From NCBI GenBank assembly GCA_035762345.1, contig DASTPE010000079.1:408-64407 (forward strand): DNA of 64,000 nt. Reading direction: 5' to 3'. The notes under the pieces are model-generated. The model searched no databases. It had not been told where the DNA came from and saw nothing but the letters and a program-made list of their open reading frames with translations. This stretch comes from Burkholderiales bacterium. Its GTDB lineage: Bacteria; Pseudomonadota; Gammaproteobacteria; Burkholderiales; SG8-39. Of this stretch, positions 26,929 to 39,306 are shown piece by piece (the first letter of the stretch is position 1; the number at the start of each line of letters is the position of its first letter). The position numbers were made by a program, and so were the translations under genes.

Positions 26929-27165
26929 ATGGGCAACAAAGGGCAGTTGCTACAAGACCCGTTTCTCAACACGTTGCGCAAGGAGCACGTTCCCGTTTCG
27001 ATCTACCTGGTGAACGGGATCAAGCTGCAGGGGCAGATCGAGTCGTTCGATCAGTACGTCGTGCTGCTGCGCAACTCCGTCACTCAGATGGTGTACAAGC
27101 ACGCCATCTCGACCGTCGTGCCGTCTCGTCCCATCAACCTCGGCGCCGAAAAGGACTCCGAATAA
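26929..27165 (+). CDS. hfq: RNA chaperone Hfq
   Basis: [49 protein letters not shown]...[10 protein letters not shown] (Sm1/Sm2). Confidence 0.96.
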   Translation: MGNKGQLLQDPFLNTLRKEHVPVSIYLVNGIKLQGQIESFDQYVVLLRNSVTQMVYKHAISTVVPSRPINLGAEKDSE

Positions 27166-27183
27166 GCTTTTGCTAGACGCTTC

Positions 27184-28332
27184 TTGCTAGAACTGCCTGC
27201 CGCAGCCGCCGATCCGCAGGCGGCGATCATCGTTTGCCTGGACTTCGGCGAGCCGAACTATGAAGAGGCGGTGGAGGAGGTGGTGCGCCTGGTGCAGAGC
27301 GCCGGCGTGCTGCGCCACCGGGTGCTGAAGGGCAGGCGCAGCAAGCCCGACCCGCGCTTCTACGCCGGAGCCGGCAAGGTCGACGAGATCGCCGCTGCCG
27401 CGGCCGAGCTGAATGCGATGTACGTGGTGTTCGACCACGCGCTTTCGCCGGCGCAGGAAAGGAATATCGAGAAGGCGATCGCGCGGCGCGTGATGGACCG
27501 CACCGAGCTCATCCTCGAGATCTTTGCGCAGCGCGCGCGGACCGCGGAAGGCAAGCTCCAGGTCGAGCTTGCGCAACTCGAGCATCTCTCGACGCGCCTG
27601 GTGCGCGGCTGGACGCACCTGGAGCGCCAGCGCGGCGGGCTGGGCAAGACCGGCGGGCCGGGCGAGGCTCAGCTCGAGCTCGACCGGCGCTACATCGCGA
27701 ACCGGGTTCGGGTTCTGAGAAAAAAGCTGGAGGGGTTGAAAAGGCAAAGAACCGTCCAACGGCGCGCGCGTGCGCGCGGCGACGTGCTCTCGGCGTCGAT
27801 CGTCGGCTACACCAACGCCGGCAAGTCGACGCTCTTCAACGCGCTCACCGGCGCGGCCGCGTACGAAGCCGATCAGCTCTTCGCCACGCTCGACACCACC
27901 ACGCGCCGCGTGTGGCTGCCCGACGCCGGCAACGTGGTGATTTCCGACACGGTGGGCTTCATCCGCAATCTGCCGCACGGGCTGGTGGCGGCGTTCCGCG
28001 CGACGCTCGAGGAGACGGTGCACGCTGATCTGCTGCTCCATGTGGTCGATGCCTCGTCCAGCATGCGCGATGAGCAGGTCGAAGCCGTGGATAAAGTCCT
28101 TGCCGAGATCCCCGCGGGCGCGGCGCCGCGCCTGCTCGTCTGGAACAAGATCGACCTCGCAGGCCTGGAGCCGGCGGTCGAGCGCGACCAGTATGGTAGG
28201 ATTTCCCGCGTATTCGTGAGCGCGCGCACCGGCGTCGGGTTGGAGTGGCTGCGCGGCGCGCTCGCGGAATTCGCAAAAGCCCGGGCCGCGCAGCGACGCG
28301 CGACCGAACTGCGCCTTCAACTCACTAGATAA
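27184..28332 (+). CDS. hflX: GTPase HflX
   Basis: TTG start. G1 GYTNAGKST, G3 DTVGF and G4 NKID. Conserved position after hfq. Confidence 0.93.
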   Translation: MLELPAAAADPQAAIIVCLDFGEPNYEEAVEEVVRLVQSAGVLRHRVLKGRRSKPDPRFYAGAGKVDEIAAAAAELNAMYVVFDHALSPAQERNIEKAIARRVMDRTELILEIFAQRARTAEGKLQVELAQLEHLSTRLVRGWTHLERQRGGLGKTGGPGEAQLELDRRYIANRVRVLRKKLEGLKRQRTVQRRARARGDVLSASIVGYTNAGKSTLFNALTGAAAYEADQLFATLDTTTRRVWLPDAGNVVISDTVGFIRNLPHGLVAAFRATLEETVHADLLLHVVDASSSMRDEQVEAVDKVLAEIPAGAAPRLLVWNKIDLAGLEPAVERDQYGRISRVFVSARTGVGLEWLRGALAEFAKARAAQRRATELRLQLTR

Positions 28333-29523
28333 ATGTCCTTGAACGACCCCAACTGGGGGCGCGGCTCCCGCGGGCCGCAGGGTCCCGGCGGCGGTAACCA
28401 GGGTCCGCCGGACCTTGACGAGCTGTGGCGCAACTTCAACCGCAGGCTCTCCGAGCTTTTCGGCCGCCGGCGCGGCGGCGGCGACGAGCCGCCGCGGCCG
28501 CCGAGCGCGCGCGGCCTCGGCGGGGGCGCCGGCGTGCTGGTCGCCCTCGTGTTCGCGGTGTGGCTCGCGAGCGGGTTCTATATCGTGGTGGAAGGCCAGC
28601 GCGGGGTGGTGCTGACCTTCGGCCGCTACTCGCAGGAGACCATGCCGGGCCTGCGCTGGCGCCTGCCGTGGCCGATCCAGTCGAACGAGATCGTGAACCT
28701 CGCGCAGGTGCGCACGCTCGAAGTCGGCTACCGCAACAACGTGCGCACCAAGGTTCTCAAAGAGTCGCTCATGCTGACCGACGACGAGAACATCGTCGAT
28801 CTGCAGTTCGCCGTGCAGTATCTGGTGAAGGACGCGCGCGACTTCGTATTCAACGTGCGCCGGCCCGACGACTCGGCGATGCAGATCGCCGAGACCGCGA
28901 TGCGCGAGGTGATCGGCAAGAGCCGCATGGACGCGATCCTGTACGAGACCCAAATCGACGTCGCCAACCGCGCGCGCGACCTTATGCAGACGATCCACGA
29001 CCGCTACGGCACCGGCATCACCGTCAGCACGGTGACGATCCAGAACGCGCAGCCGCCCGAGCAGGTGCAGGCGGCATTCGACGATGCAGTCAAGGCGAAC
29101 CAGGACCGCGAGCGGCAGAAGAACGAGGGCCAGGCCTACGCCAACGACGTCATCCCACGCGCGCGCGGGGCGGCGGCGCGCCTCGGCGAGGAGGCGCAGG
29201 GCTACCGCCAGCGCGTGATCGCCAACGCCGAGGGCGAGGCCTCGCGCTTCAGGCAGGTGCTCGCGGAGTACGCCAAGGCGCCCGCGGTGACGCGCGAGCG
29301 CATCTACATCGAAACCATGCAGGCGATCCTTACCTCGACCAGCAAGATCATGATGGACTATCGCGGCTCGGGGAACCTGCTCTACCTGCCGCTCGAGAAG
29401 GTGATGCAGAGCGCCGGCGCGGCGGAAGGCGCGGCCCCGAGCGCCGCGCCCGCGGCGCCGCCGGCCGAGCCCGGGCCGCGCTCGCGCGAGACCCTCAGGA
29501 ATCGGGAAAGGGGCGATCGGTGA
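28333..29523 (+). CDS. hflK: protease modulator HflK
   Basis: Gly/Pro-rich N-terminus, a single TM segment and an SPFH/band-7 domain. Confidence 0.93.
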   Translation: MSLNDPNWGRGSRGPQGPGGGNQGPPDLDELWRNFNRRLSELFGRRRGGGDEPPRPPSARGLGGGAGVLVALVFAVWLASGFYIVVEGQRGVVLTFGRYSQETMPGLRWRLPWPIQSNEIVNLAQVRTLEVGYRNNVRTKVLKESLMLTDDENIVDLQFAVQYLVKDARDFVFNVRRPDDSAMQIAETAMREVIGKSRMDAILYETQIDVANRARDLMQTIHDRYGTGITVSTVTIQNAQPPEQVQAAFDDAVKANQDRERQKNEGQAYANDVIPRARGAAARLGEEAQGYRQRVIANAEGEASRFRQVLAEYAKAPAVTRERIYIETMQAILTSTSKIMMDYRGSGNLLYLPLEKVMQSAGAAEGAAPSAAPAAPPAEPGPRSRETLRNRERGDR

Positions 29524-30407
29524 TGCGCGCGCTGGGGCCCGTTGTCGCGATCGTCGCGGTGCTCGCGCTCATCGCCTCGAGCGCGATGTTCACCGTCGAT
29601 CAGCGGCAGAACGCGATCGTGTTCCAGCTCGGCGAGGTGAAGGAAGTGATCAATCGCTCGGGGCTGCACTTCAAGTGGCCGCTCCTTCAGAACGTGCGCC
29701 ACTTCGACATGCGCATCCTCACCTACGACGACGCCGATCCGCTGCGCTTCCTTACTCAGGGCAACCGCCCGGTGCTTGTGGATTCGTTCGTCAAGTGGCG
29801 CATCGCCGACGTACGCCAGTACTACGTCTCGGTGCAGGGCGACGAATTCCGCGCCGCCACCCGCATCCGCCAGACGGTATCGGGCACGCTGCGCGAGGAG
29901 TTCGGCACCCGCACCCTGCACGACGTCGTCTCGGGCGAGCGCGAGGTGATCATGAGCCAGGTGCGCGACAAGGTCGACCAGGACCTGAAGAGGATCGGAG
30001 TCGAGATCATCGACGTGCGGCTGAAGCGCGTCGACTTGCCGACCGAGGTGAGCGAGTCGGTGTACCGGCGCATGGAGGCGGAAAGGAAGCGCATCGCGAA
30101 CGAGCTGCGCTCGACCGGGGCGGCCGAAGCCGAGAAGGTGCGCGCCGACGCCGACCGGCAGCGCGAGGTGATCCTCGCGGAAGCCTACCGCGACGCGCAG
30201 AACGTGCGCGGCCAGGGCGACGCACGGGCGGCGGCGATCTACGCCGCGACGTTCAACCAGAACCCCGAGTTCTACTCGTTCTACCGCAGCATGGAGGCTT
30301 ACCGCTCAACCTTCCGCGGGCGCAACGACCTCATGCTGCTCGAGACCAACTCCGACTTCCTGCGCTACTTCAGGGACTCGCTAGGCAAGCCCGCGCAGCG
30401 CAAATAG
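29523..30407 (+). CDS. hflC: protease modulator HflC
   Basis: MRALGPVVAIVAVLALIASSAMFTVDQRQNAIVFQLGEV..., an SPFH domain. ATG overlaps the hflK stop. The first 366 codons of track ORF 28425..30407 are out-of-frame hflK. Confidence 0.93.
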   Translation: MRALGPVVAIVAVLALIASSAMFTVDQRQNAIVFQLGEVKEVINRSGLHFKWPLLQNVRHFDMRILTYDDADPLRFLTQGNRPVLVDSFVKWRIADVRQYYVSVQGDEFRAATRIRQTVSGTLREEFGTRTLHDVVSGEREVIMSQVRDKVDQDLKRIGVEIIDVRLKRVDLPTEVSESVYRRMEAERKRIANELRSTGAAEAEKVRADADRQREVILAEAYRDAQNVRGQGDARAAAIYAATFNQNPEFYSFYRSMEAYRSTFRGRNDLMLLETNSDFLRYFRDSLGKPAQRK

Positions 30408-30411
30408 CGCC

Positions 30412-30596
30412 ATGGGAACGACGTTCCTCATGGCGCTCGCCCTGATGCTGATCCTCGAGGGCGTGCTTCCCTTCCTCGCGCCGAATCTCTGGCGAGACAC
30501 CTTCCGCAAGATCACGCAGATGACCGACGGGCAGATCCGCTTCGTCGGCCTGTCGTCCATGATTGTCGGCCTGCTGCTCCTGCTGTGGGCGCGCAC

Positions 30597-30600
<4 letters not shown>
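30412..30600 (+). CDS. DUF2065-family small membrane protein
   Basis: 62 aa with two hydrophobic helices, in the conserved position after hflC. Confidence 0.7.
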
Positions 30601-32842
<2,242 letters not shown>

Positions 32843-32898
32843 CGACATCGAGGCGTTAGCTTCGAGCGGGCGCGGGATTCTTTTGTCATCTCGCAATG

Positions 32899-32929
32899 AC
32901 GCGTTGTCGCGCGCCGCGCACGCGTTTTT
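32899..32929 (+). terminator. rho-independent terminator after purA
   Basis: ACGCGTtgtcGCGCGcCGCGCACGCGT followed by TTTTT. Confidence 0.5.
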
Positions 32930-32980
32930 CCGAGCGTAGCTACAGCGCGGCGGCGCTCCGCGGCGCAGAATGGCCGCGCG

Positions 32981-33295
32981 ATGTATTCGGATATCGACAA
33001 GGCGCGTGCGCAGCACGCGGCGCTCAGGCATATCGTCGAGCGCCACGTCGGCGCGGCCGACTGGCGCGCGCTGCATCGGGTGCTGGACCTGTGCCGTCAC
33101 ACCGCGGTTGCGATCGAAGACTGCTACTGCCGCGACAAGCTGCGCCTGGTGGAAGACCTCTCTGCCGAGATGCTCTCTCGCGGCGAGACCCGCGCGCCGC
33201 TTCTCAAGCAGCGCATCCTCGATGCGCTCGATCTTTTCGCAAGCCGGCTCTACAGCCTGGAGACGCGGCGCCGCGCCGCCCTTACTGGCTGTTAG
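32981..33295 (+). CDS. hypothetical protein (104 aa)
   Basis: The only one of three overlapping plus-frame ORFs with a non-degenerate, helical-looking composition (MYSDIDKARAQHAALRHIVERHV...). No recognisable family. Confidence 0.4.
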   Translation: MYSDIDKARAQHAALRHIVERHVGAADWRALHRVLDLCRHTAVAIEDCYCRDKLRLVEDLSAEMLSRGETRAPLLKQRILDALDLFASRLYSLETRRRAALTGC

Positions 33296-33668
33296 CTTGA
33301 TCAGCGCCGGACAACCAAAGCGTCGCCGCGTCCACGGTTAAGAACAGCCGGACGTTCACGCCCCGGTTTCTTGCCGCGAGCTCAGCGAAATGCGGCATCG
33401 CCGGATCATCCGTGATGGGTTGCACATAAGCGATCCTGCTCAGCTTGCTGCCCTCGGGCGCCCGTTGGGAAATGACATCCAGTATGGCACCGGTGTTCAG
33501 GCTCGGACCCGAGAGCTGCATTTCGAGCAAGAGGGCAGAATAACCGCTCTGCACGCAAGCAGCATAAGCTTCCTCCAGGAACCTTCGCGCATTGGCGGGC
33601 GTGCGCTCTCCGACGACCTTTGCATGCAGATAGGTCGGCCGTTTCTCGAGGACTAATTCGTACGACAT
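33282..33668 (-). CDS. hypothetical protein (128 aa)
   Basis: Trimmed to MSYELVLEKRPTYLHAKVVGERTPANARRFLEE.... Lies in a region of visibly lower GC. No confident family. Confidence 0.5.
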   Translation of the reverse strand: MSYELVLEKRPTYLHAKVVGERTPANARRFLEEAYAACVQSGYSALLLEMQLSGPSLNTGAILDVISQRAPEGSKLSRIAYVQPITDDPAMPHFAELAARNRGVNVRLFLTVDAATLWLSGADQANSQ

Positions 33669-33731
33669 CAGGTCTAAAGCTCGGGCGAGGCTAAAGCAAG
33701 CGATAATCGGACCATGAGTAAGCAAAGCTGG

Positions 33732-33767
33732 AAAACTTGTTGCCGGGGGAAAACTTGCTGCCGGGGG
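33732..33767. repeat. perfectly abutting 18-bp tandem duplication (1 mismatch)
   Basis: AAAACTTGTTGCCGGGGG / AAAACTTGCTGCCGGGGG, ending 12 nt from the 3' end of tRNA-Leu. Confidence 0.85.
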
Positions 33768-33779
33768 CTAGCGCAACGT

Positions 33780-33867
<88 letters not shown>

Positions 33868-33885
33868 GGGGAGGCGCGATTTTAG

Positions 33886-36021
33886 TTGCAGGTATCTGAA
33901 GTGTCAAAGAAAAAAGCGAAAAGAACCGCGTTGCGGCGAAGGCAGCGATCGAACCGCGACGCTCCTGATCCACAACGCATCCTCGACGCGCTGAACGCCG
34001 CGCGCGCGCCTCTTATGCGCGAGGATCTCGCGGCGCGGCTGCGCATCCCGCGCCACGCGCGGCGCGAATTCGAGCGCTCGCTGGCCGAACTCGAGCGCGC
34101 GGGCGATGTGGTGCAGAACCGCGCCGGCAGCCTGCTTGTGGCGAGGCGCCTCGCGCTCGTCGCGGGTCGCGTCGAGGGCCATCCGGACGGGCACGGTTTC
34201 CTCGTGCCCGACGAAGGCGGCGCACCGATTTTCCTCACCCCGGCGGAGATGCGCAGCCTCATGCACGGCGACCGCGCGGCGGTGCGCGTCGCTGGCCGCG
34301 ACATGCGCGGCCGCGCAATCGGCGAAGTGGTCGAAGTGCTCGAGCGAGCGAATCGCCGCATCGTCGGCCGGCTGCACTCCGAGCACGGTGTGCTCTTCCT
34401 CGTGCCGGAGGATCGACGCATCGCGCACGACATCCTGGTGCCGCCCGCCGAGACGGGCAGAGCGAAGGCGGGGGAGGTGGTCACCGTCGACCTCGTCGCC
34501 CAGCCCGGACCCCACGCCCAGCCGGTCGGACGGGTCGCCGAGGTGCTCGGCCATCACGCCGACCCCGGTATGGAAATCGAGATCGCGGTGCGCAAGTTCG
34601 ACCTGCCGCACGAGTTTTCTCGGAAGGCTCTGGCCCAGGCGCGCTCGCTGCCTGATGAAGTCACCGAGCTTGAAAACCGCAAGGACCTGCGCGAGCTGCA
34701 CTTCGTGACGATCGACGGGGAGACCGCCAAGGACTTTGACGATGCGGTGTACGCGCGGCGCGAGGAGAAGGGCTGGCGTCTGTGGGTCGCGATCGCCGAC
34801 GTGAGCCATTACGTGCGCCCGGGCGACGCGCTCGACCGTGACGCGCGCGAGCGCGGCACCTCGGTGTACTTCCCGCGGCGGGTGATCCCGATGCTGCCGG
34901 AGAAGCTGTCGAACGGGCTATGCTCGCTCAATCCGAACGTCGAGCGCCTCGCGATGGTGTGTGAGATGGCGATTACGTCGGAAGGTGAGGTCGCGCGCTA
35001 CAAGCTCTACGTCGGCGTGATCCGTTCTCGCGCCCGGCTCACGTACACCGAAGTCTGGGACAGGCTCTCCTCGGGCAAAGCCCCCGAGAACCTGCGGATG
35101 CTCTACGAGCTTTTCCATGCGCTTTTTGCCGAGCGCAACCGCCGCGGGGCGATCGACTTCGAGACGGTCGAGACGCGCATGGTGTTCGACGCACGCGGCA
35201 AGATCGAGCGCATCGTGCCCGAACCGCGCAACGATGCGCACCGCATCATCGAGGAGTGCATGCTCGCGGCGAACGTGTGCGCCGGCAATTTCCTCGCTAG
35301 TCGCGGGCAACCGGCGCTCTACCGAGTGCACGATGTGCCGGCGGCGGACAAGGTCGCCGCGCTGCGCGATTTCCTGGCCGAGCTGGGTCTCCAGCTCCCC
35401 GGCGGCGACGTCCCGCGGCCGAAAGACTACGCGCGGCTGCTCGAACGCATCCGCAAGCGGCCGGATTTCGGCCTGCTGCAGACCATTCTCCTGCGCTCGC
35501 TCAAGCAGGCGGTGTACAGCCCGAGCAACGTCGGCCACTTCGGCCTCGCTTTCGATGCCTATGTGCATTTCACCTCACCGATCCGGCGCTATCCCGACCT
35601 CCTGGTCCACCGCGCGATCAAGGCCGCGCTCTCACACAAGAAATATGTCGAAGAGGACTGGGAGGCGCTCGGCCGCCATTGCTCGGAAACCGAGCGACGC
35701 GCCGACGAAGCGAGCCGCGACGTGGAGAACTGGCTCAAGTGCTACTACATGCGCGACCACGTCGGCGGTACGTTCTCCGGCAGCATCACCGGGGTAGTGC
35801 CGTTCGGCCTCTTCGTGACGCTGGACGACTACTTCGTCGACGGCCTGGTCCACATCTCCGAGCTCGGCCGCGACTACTTCCAGTTCGATGCCGCGCGTCA
35901 CATGCTTCTCGGCGAGCGTACCGGCCGGCGCTACCGCCTCGCGGACCGGATGACGGTCCGGCTGGTGCGCGTCGATCTGGACACGCGCAAGATCGATCTC
36001 GTTCCTCATGAGAGAACCTAG
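33886..36021 (+). CDS. rnr: ribonuclease R
   Basis: Lys-rich N-terminus, cold-shock-like domains, RNB catalytic domain (FVTIDGETAKDFDDAV, HFGLAFDAYVHFTSPIRRYPDL) and a C-terminal S1 domain. Start is TTG 33886 or GTG 33901. Confidence 0.93.
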   Translation: MQVSEVSKKKAKRTALRRRQRSNRDAPDPQRILDALNAARAPLMREDLAARLRIPRHARREFERSLAELERAGDVVQNRAGSLLVARRLALVAGRVEGHPDGHGFLVPDEGGAPIFLTPAEMRSLMHGDRAAVRVAGRDMRGRAIGEVVEVLERANRRIVGRLHSEHGVLFLVPEDRRIAHDILVPPAETGRAKAGEVVTVDLVAQPGPHAQPVGRVAEVLGHHADPGMEIEIAVRKFDLPHEFSRKALAQARSLPDEVTELENRKDLRELHFVTIDGETAKDFDDAVYARREEKGWRLWVAIADVSHYVRPGDALDRDARERGTSVYFPRRVIPMLPEKLSNGLCSLNPNVERLAMVCEMAITSEGEVARYKLYVGVIRSRARLTYTEVWDRLSSGKAPENLRMLYELFHALFAERNRRGAIDFETVETRMVFDARGKIERIVPEPRNDAHRIIEECMLAANVCAGNFLASRGQPALYRVHDVPAADKVAALRDFLAELGLQLPGGDVPRPKDYARLLERIRKRPDFGLLQTILLRSLKQAVYSPSNVGHFGLAFDAYVHFTSPIRRYPDLLVHRAIKAALSHKKYVEEDWEALGRHCSETERRADEASRDVENWLKCYYMRDHVGGTFSGSITGVVPFGLFVTLDDYFVDGLVHISELGRDYFQFDAARHMLLGERTGRRYRLADRMTVRLVRVDLDTRKIDLVPHERT

Positions 36022-36736
36022 AGTCGTCTTCGGCTTCCATGCCGTGCTCGCACGGCTGCGCGCCGACCCGAAGTCCGTGATCGAGATCTTCCTCGATGAG
36101 ACGCGCAACGACGCGCGCGGCAGGGATCTCGTCGCAATGGCCGAGCGCGCCGGCGTGCGCGTCATGCGGGTTCCCACCAAGCGGCTGGACGGCTTCTACG
36201 GCGGCGGTAGGCACCAGGGAGTCGTGGCGCGCGTGGAGGTGAAGAACGTTCTCGACAACCTCACCCAGATTCTCGAACAGGTCAACAATCCCCTGCTTCT
36301 CGTGCTCGACGGCGTAACGGACCCTCACAATCTCGGTGCCTGCCTCCGGGTGGCGAATGCTGCGGGTGCGCAAGCGGTAATCGCGCCGCGCGACCGTGCG
36401 GCGGGCATTACTCCGGTTGTCTCGAAGGTGGCCAGCGGCGCCGCCGAAGCCACGCCCTACCTGATGGTCACCAACCTCGCCCGCACGCTCGCCGAGCTGA
36501 AGGAGCGCAACATCTGGGTCGTGGGCGCCGATGAAGGCGCCGACGAAACGCTCTATGAGGCTGATCTTCCTCGATCAATTGCGTGGGTGCTCGGCGCCGA
36601 AGGCGAGGGCATGCGCCGCCTCACGCGCGAGAGCTGCGACCTTCTCGTGCGCATCCCGATGCGGGGCGAAGTGGAAAGCCTGAATGTCGCGGTGTCGGCC
36701 GGGATTTGTCTGTTCGAGTCCGTGCGGCGGCGGTAA
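36008..36736 (+). CDS. rlmB: 23S rRNA (guanosine-2'-O)-methyltransferase RlmB
   Basis: SpoU/TrmH fold (LLVLDGVTDPHNLGACLR, VLGAEGEGMR, SLNVAVSAGI), in the conserved position after rnr. Confidence 0.9.
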   Translation: MREPRVVFGFHAVLARLRADPKSVIEIFLDETRNDARGRDLVAMAERAGVRVMRVPTKRLDGFYGGGRHQGVVARVEVKNVLDNLTQILEQVNNPLLLVLDGVTDPHNLGACLRVANAAGAQAVIAPRDRAAGITPVVSKVASGAAEATPYLMVTNLARTLAELKERNIWVVGADEGADETLYEADLPRSIAWVLGAEGEGMRRLTRESCDLLVRIPMRGEVESLNVAVSAGICLFESVRRR

Positions 36737-36746
36737 CATTTCAGAC

Positions 36747-37382
36747 ATGCGCGCGCTGGTCATCGACGATCATCCGCTGATCCAGGAAATCGTGCCGGCC
36801 GTGCTCGCCAAGGCGCTTGGCGAAGTCGCGGTCGCCACTGAGTCGACTTTGGAAGCTGGAATCGCGCGCGCCGCGCGCGACGAGATTCCGGAGCTCGTCG
36901 TCCTCGACCTCGGCTTGCCCGGCTGCCAGGGACTCGAGGCGCTGGCGCGCTTCCGCTCCAAGTTTCCGGAGATACCGCTCGTCGTGCTGTCGTGCACCTG
37001 CGATCGCGATTCGATTCGTGCCGCATTCGAAGCCGGGGCGGCCGGATACATTCCCAAGACTTCGAAGCCAGACGTAATGATCGCCGCGATCAGGGTCGTG
37101 GCCGCAGGCGGAAGGTATGTGCCTCCCGAAGCGCTCGAGGACGCGGCGGGCAAAATGCGGCCGGCGCCGCGCGTCACGGCCGCATTCGAGCTGACGCAGC
37201 GCCAAGAGCAGGTGCTGCGGCTCATCCTCAAGGGCCATAACAACGAGCGCATCGCCGCCGAGCTCTCGATCGCCTGCAACACGGTGAAACAGCATGTGCA
37301 TGCGATCTTCACCGCTCTGGGGGTCTCCACGCGCGCCGAAGCGGTCATCGCTGCGACGCGTCGCGGCTTCTTGCCGGGCTGA
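36747..37382 (+). CDS. NarL/LuxR-family response regulator (orphan)
   Basis: Trimmed to [12 protein letters not shown]. Receiver ([13 protein letters not shown]) plus a LuxR HTH ([36 protein letters not shown]). Confidence 0.88.
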   Translation: MRALVIDDHPLIQEIVPAVLAKALGEVAVATESTLEAGIARAARDEIPELVVLDLGLPGCQGLEALARFRSKFPEIPLVVLSCTCDRDSIRAAFEAGAAGYIPKTSKPDVMIAAIRVVAAGGRYVPPEALEDAAGKMRPAPRVTAAFELTQRQEQVLRLILKGHNNERIAAELSIACNTVKQHVHAIFTALGVSTRAEAVIAATRRGFLPG

Positions 37383-37570
37383 TCGCAAGAACCGTCCTTG
37401 GCCGCCATGGTCTCCCTGGAGAAGGTGAAGCAGGAGCTCGGCATCGGCGGCGTAGGGTAGGCACGAGTTTCCAGTTTTCCAGTACAATCCCGCCCCTTCC
37501 TGGTCGCACCGTACGCATGACGGTCGGCCTCATTACCAAAATGACCCATGGGAAAGGAGCAGAACCAAGC

Positions 37571-37975
37571 ATGCGGCATTACGAGATCGTTTTCATCGTC
37601 CATCCCGACCAGAGCGAGCAGGTGCCGCAGATGGTCGAGCGTTACAAGGGCCTCATCGCCCAGCGCAACGGCACCGTGCATCGCCTCGAGGACTGGGGCC
37701 GCCGGCAGCTCGCCTACCCGATCGCCAAGGTTCACAAGGCGCACTACGTGCTCATGAACATCGAGTGCGACAACGAAACGCTGAAGGAGCTCGAGCACTC
37801 GTTCAAGTTCAGCGACGCGGTGCTGCGGCACCTGATCGTCGCGATGCCCAAGGCGCATACCACGCCCTCGCCGATGATGCGCGAGGAGAAGTCGAAGTCG
37901 CTGATGGAGCGGGGCGCCGGCGCCTCCGGCGAGGTGGCGCCTGAACCGGGTCGAGCTGAGCGGCCAGCTGCTTGA
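37571..37975 (+). CDS. rpsF: 30S ribosomal protein S6
   Basis: [29 protein letters not shown]...[11 protein letters not shown]. Confidence 0.93.
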   Translation: MRHYEIVFIVHPDQSEQVPQMVERYKGLIAQRNGTVHRLEDWGRRQLAYPIAKVHKAHYVLMNIECDNETLKELEHSFKFSDAVLRHLIVAMPKAHTTPSPMMREEKSKSLMERGAGASGEVAPEPGRAERPAA

Positions 37976-38264
37976 GCTGGGGGCGTTGCGTTACACGCCG
38001 GCCGGCGTTGCCGCGGTCGAGTTCAGGCTCGCGCACCGTTCCGAGCAGGACGAGGCGGGCGGGCGCAGGAGGGTCGAGGCCGAGGTGAGCGCGGTGGCTT
38101 TCGACACCCAGGCGAAGCTGCTCGCGGGCAGGCCGCTCGGCAGCGCCGTGAGAGTAGAGGGATTTCTGGGAGCAAAGAGCAAGCGTTCCAAGCGGCTCGT
38201 GCTCCATGTGACCAAGATCGAATTCATCGAAGGAGAGCAACATGCCACCGCCCCGCAGAGGTAA
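37941..38264 (+). CDS. priB: primosomal replication protein PriB (start codon uncertain, possibly CTG)
   Basis: (L/M)[42 protein letters not shown].... The conserved N-terminus extends 15 codons upstream of the first canonical start (TTG 37986). GAGG lies 6 nt before CTG 37941. Confidence 0.75.
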   Translation: MNRVELSGQLLELGALRYTPAGVAAVEFRLAHRSEQDEAGGRRRVEAEVSAVAFDTQAKLLAGRPLGSAVRVEGFLGAKSKRSKRLVLHVTKIEFIEGEQHATAPQR

Positions 38265-38535
38265 AGGCAAGGGTAAAGGGAAGTTCGCCAAGGACAAGAA
38301 AGACCGCGGCCAGCGGGCGCTCTTCCGCCGGCGCAAGTTCTGCCGCTTCACCGCCGAGAAAGCGGAGTGGATCGACTACAAGGACGTCGAGACGCTGAAG
38401 GATTTCATCAACGAGACGGGCAAGATCATCCCGGCGCGCATCACCGGGACCGCCTCGGGCTACCAGCGCCAGCTGTCGGAGGCGATCAAGCGGGCGCGCT
38501 TCCTGGCGCTGCTGCCCTATACGGACCTGCACTGA
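38242..38535 (+). CDS. rpsR: 30S ribosomal protein S18
   Basis: [43 protein letters not shown]... Confidence 0.93.
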   Translation: MPPPRRGKGKGKGKFAKDKKDRGQRALFRRRKFCRFTAEKAEWIDYKDVETLKDFINETGKIIPARITGTASGYQRQLSEAIKRARFLALLPYTDLH

Positions 38536-38554
38536 GATCGAAGTCCATACCGCT

Positions 38555-39004
38555 ATGGAAGTGATACTTCTCGAGAAAATCGCGAACCTGGGCGAGCTCG
38601 GCCAGGTGGTGAAGGTGAAGGACGGCTACGCGCGCAACTATCTCATTCCGCACGGCAAGGCGAAGCGTGCGACCGAGGAGAACCGCAAGGCGTTCGAGGC
38701 GCGCCGCGTCGAGCTCGAGCAGGCGCAGGCCAGCGCGCTCGCCAAGGCGCAGGAGCGCGCCGGCAAGCTCGACGGCCTGACGCTGCAAATCATGCAAAAG
38801 GCGGGGCCCGACGGCCGATTGTTCGGCTCGGTCACCAACTACGACATCGTGGAAGCGCTCAAAAAGCAGGGTCATGAGGTGGAGCGCGCGCAGATCCGCA
38901 TGCCGCAGGGGCCGCTCAAGCAGGTGGGCGACTTTCCGATTCAGATCGCGCTGCACACCGACGTCGCCGTCACCATCACGGTCTCGGTGCTCGGCGAGCA
39001 ATAA
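38555..39004 (+). CDS. rplI: 50S ribosomal protein L9
   Basis: [36 protein letters not shown]... Confidence 0.95.
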   Translation: MEVILLEKIANLGELGQVVKVKDGYARNYLIPHGKAKRATEENRKAFEARRVELEQAQASALAKAQERAGKLDGLTLQIMQKAGPDGRLFGSVTNYDIVEALKKQGHEVERAQIRMPQGPLKQVGDFPIQIALHTDVAVTITVSVLGEQ

Positions 39005-39024
39005 GCGCTTAGTCCCGGCGAGAA

Positions 39025-39047
39025 GCGGCCGCTGCGGCCCTTTTTTT
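39025..39047 (+). terminator. weak hairpin + T7 run after rplI
   Basis: GCGGCCgctGCGGCCC followed by TTTTTTT. The stem is short and GC-rich. Confidence 0.4.
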
Positions 39048-39306
39048 GCGGTTGCATGGATGTTTATACAGTAATAGACTGACGTGACGTGTCAAGAAAT
39101 TTAATTTGGACTTGTACAGCGCCATCCACAAAGTACCGACAGCCTGCTCACAGGCTATCCACAGGCGCCAGGGCCTGCTAGCCCCGGATGATCAAATTTT
39201 TGGCAGCGCCGCGGCGCGAAAGCGTTCGTAAAGCCCGCGTTTCGACTTATCAAATCGAAAACCGGGTGTCGCTTCCTATGATGCGCGCCGGGGAGGTCAC
39301 CACAAG

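Noticed and set aside
28425-29522. First 366 codons of the 660-aa track ORF 28425..30407, and the first 60 codons of 7730..11107.
   Set aside because: These are alternative-frame read-throughs of hflK and of the adaptor gene. The true hflC and RND starts are marked by conserved N-termini and stop/start overlaps.
37383-37570. Possible rpsF promoter and S6/S18 autoregulatory leader (TTTCCAGTTTTCCAGTACAAT).
   Set aside because: A TACAAT -10-like hexamer is present, but no convincingly spaced -35 element. I cannot verify a conserved leader fold by eye.
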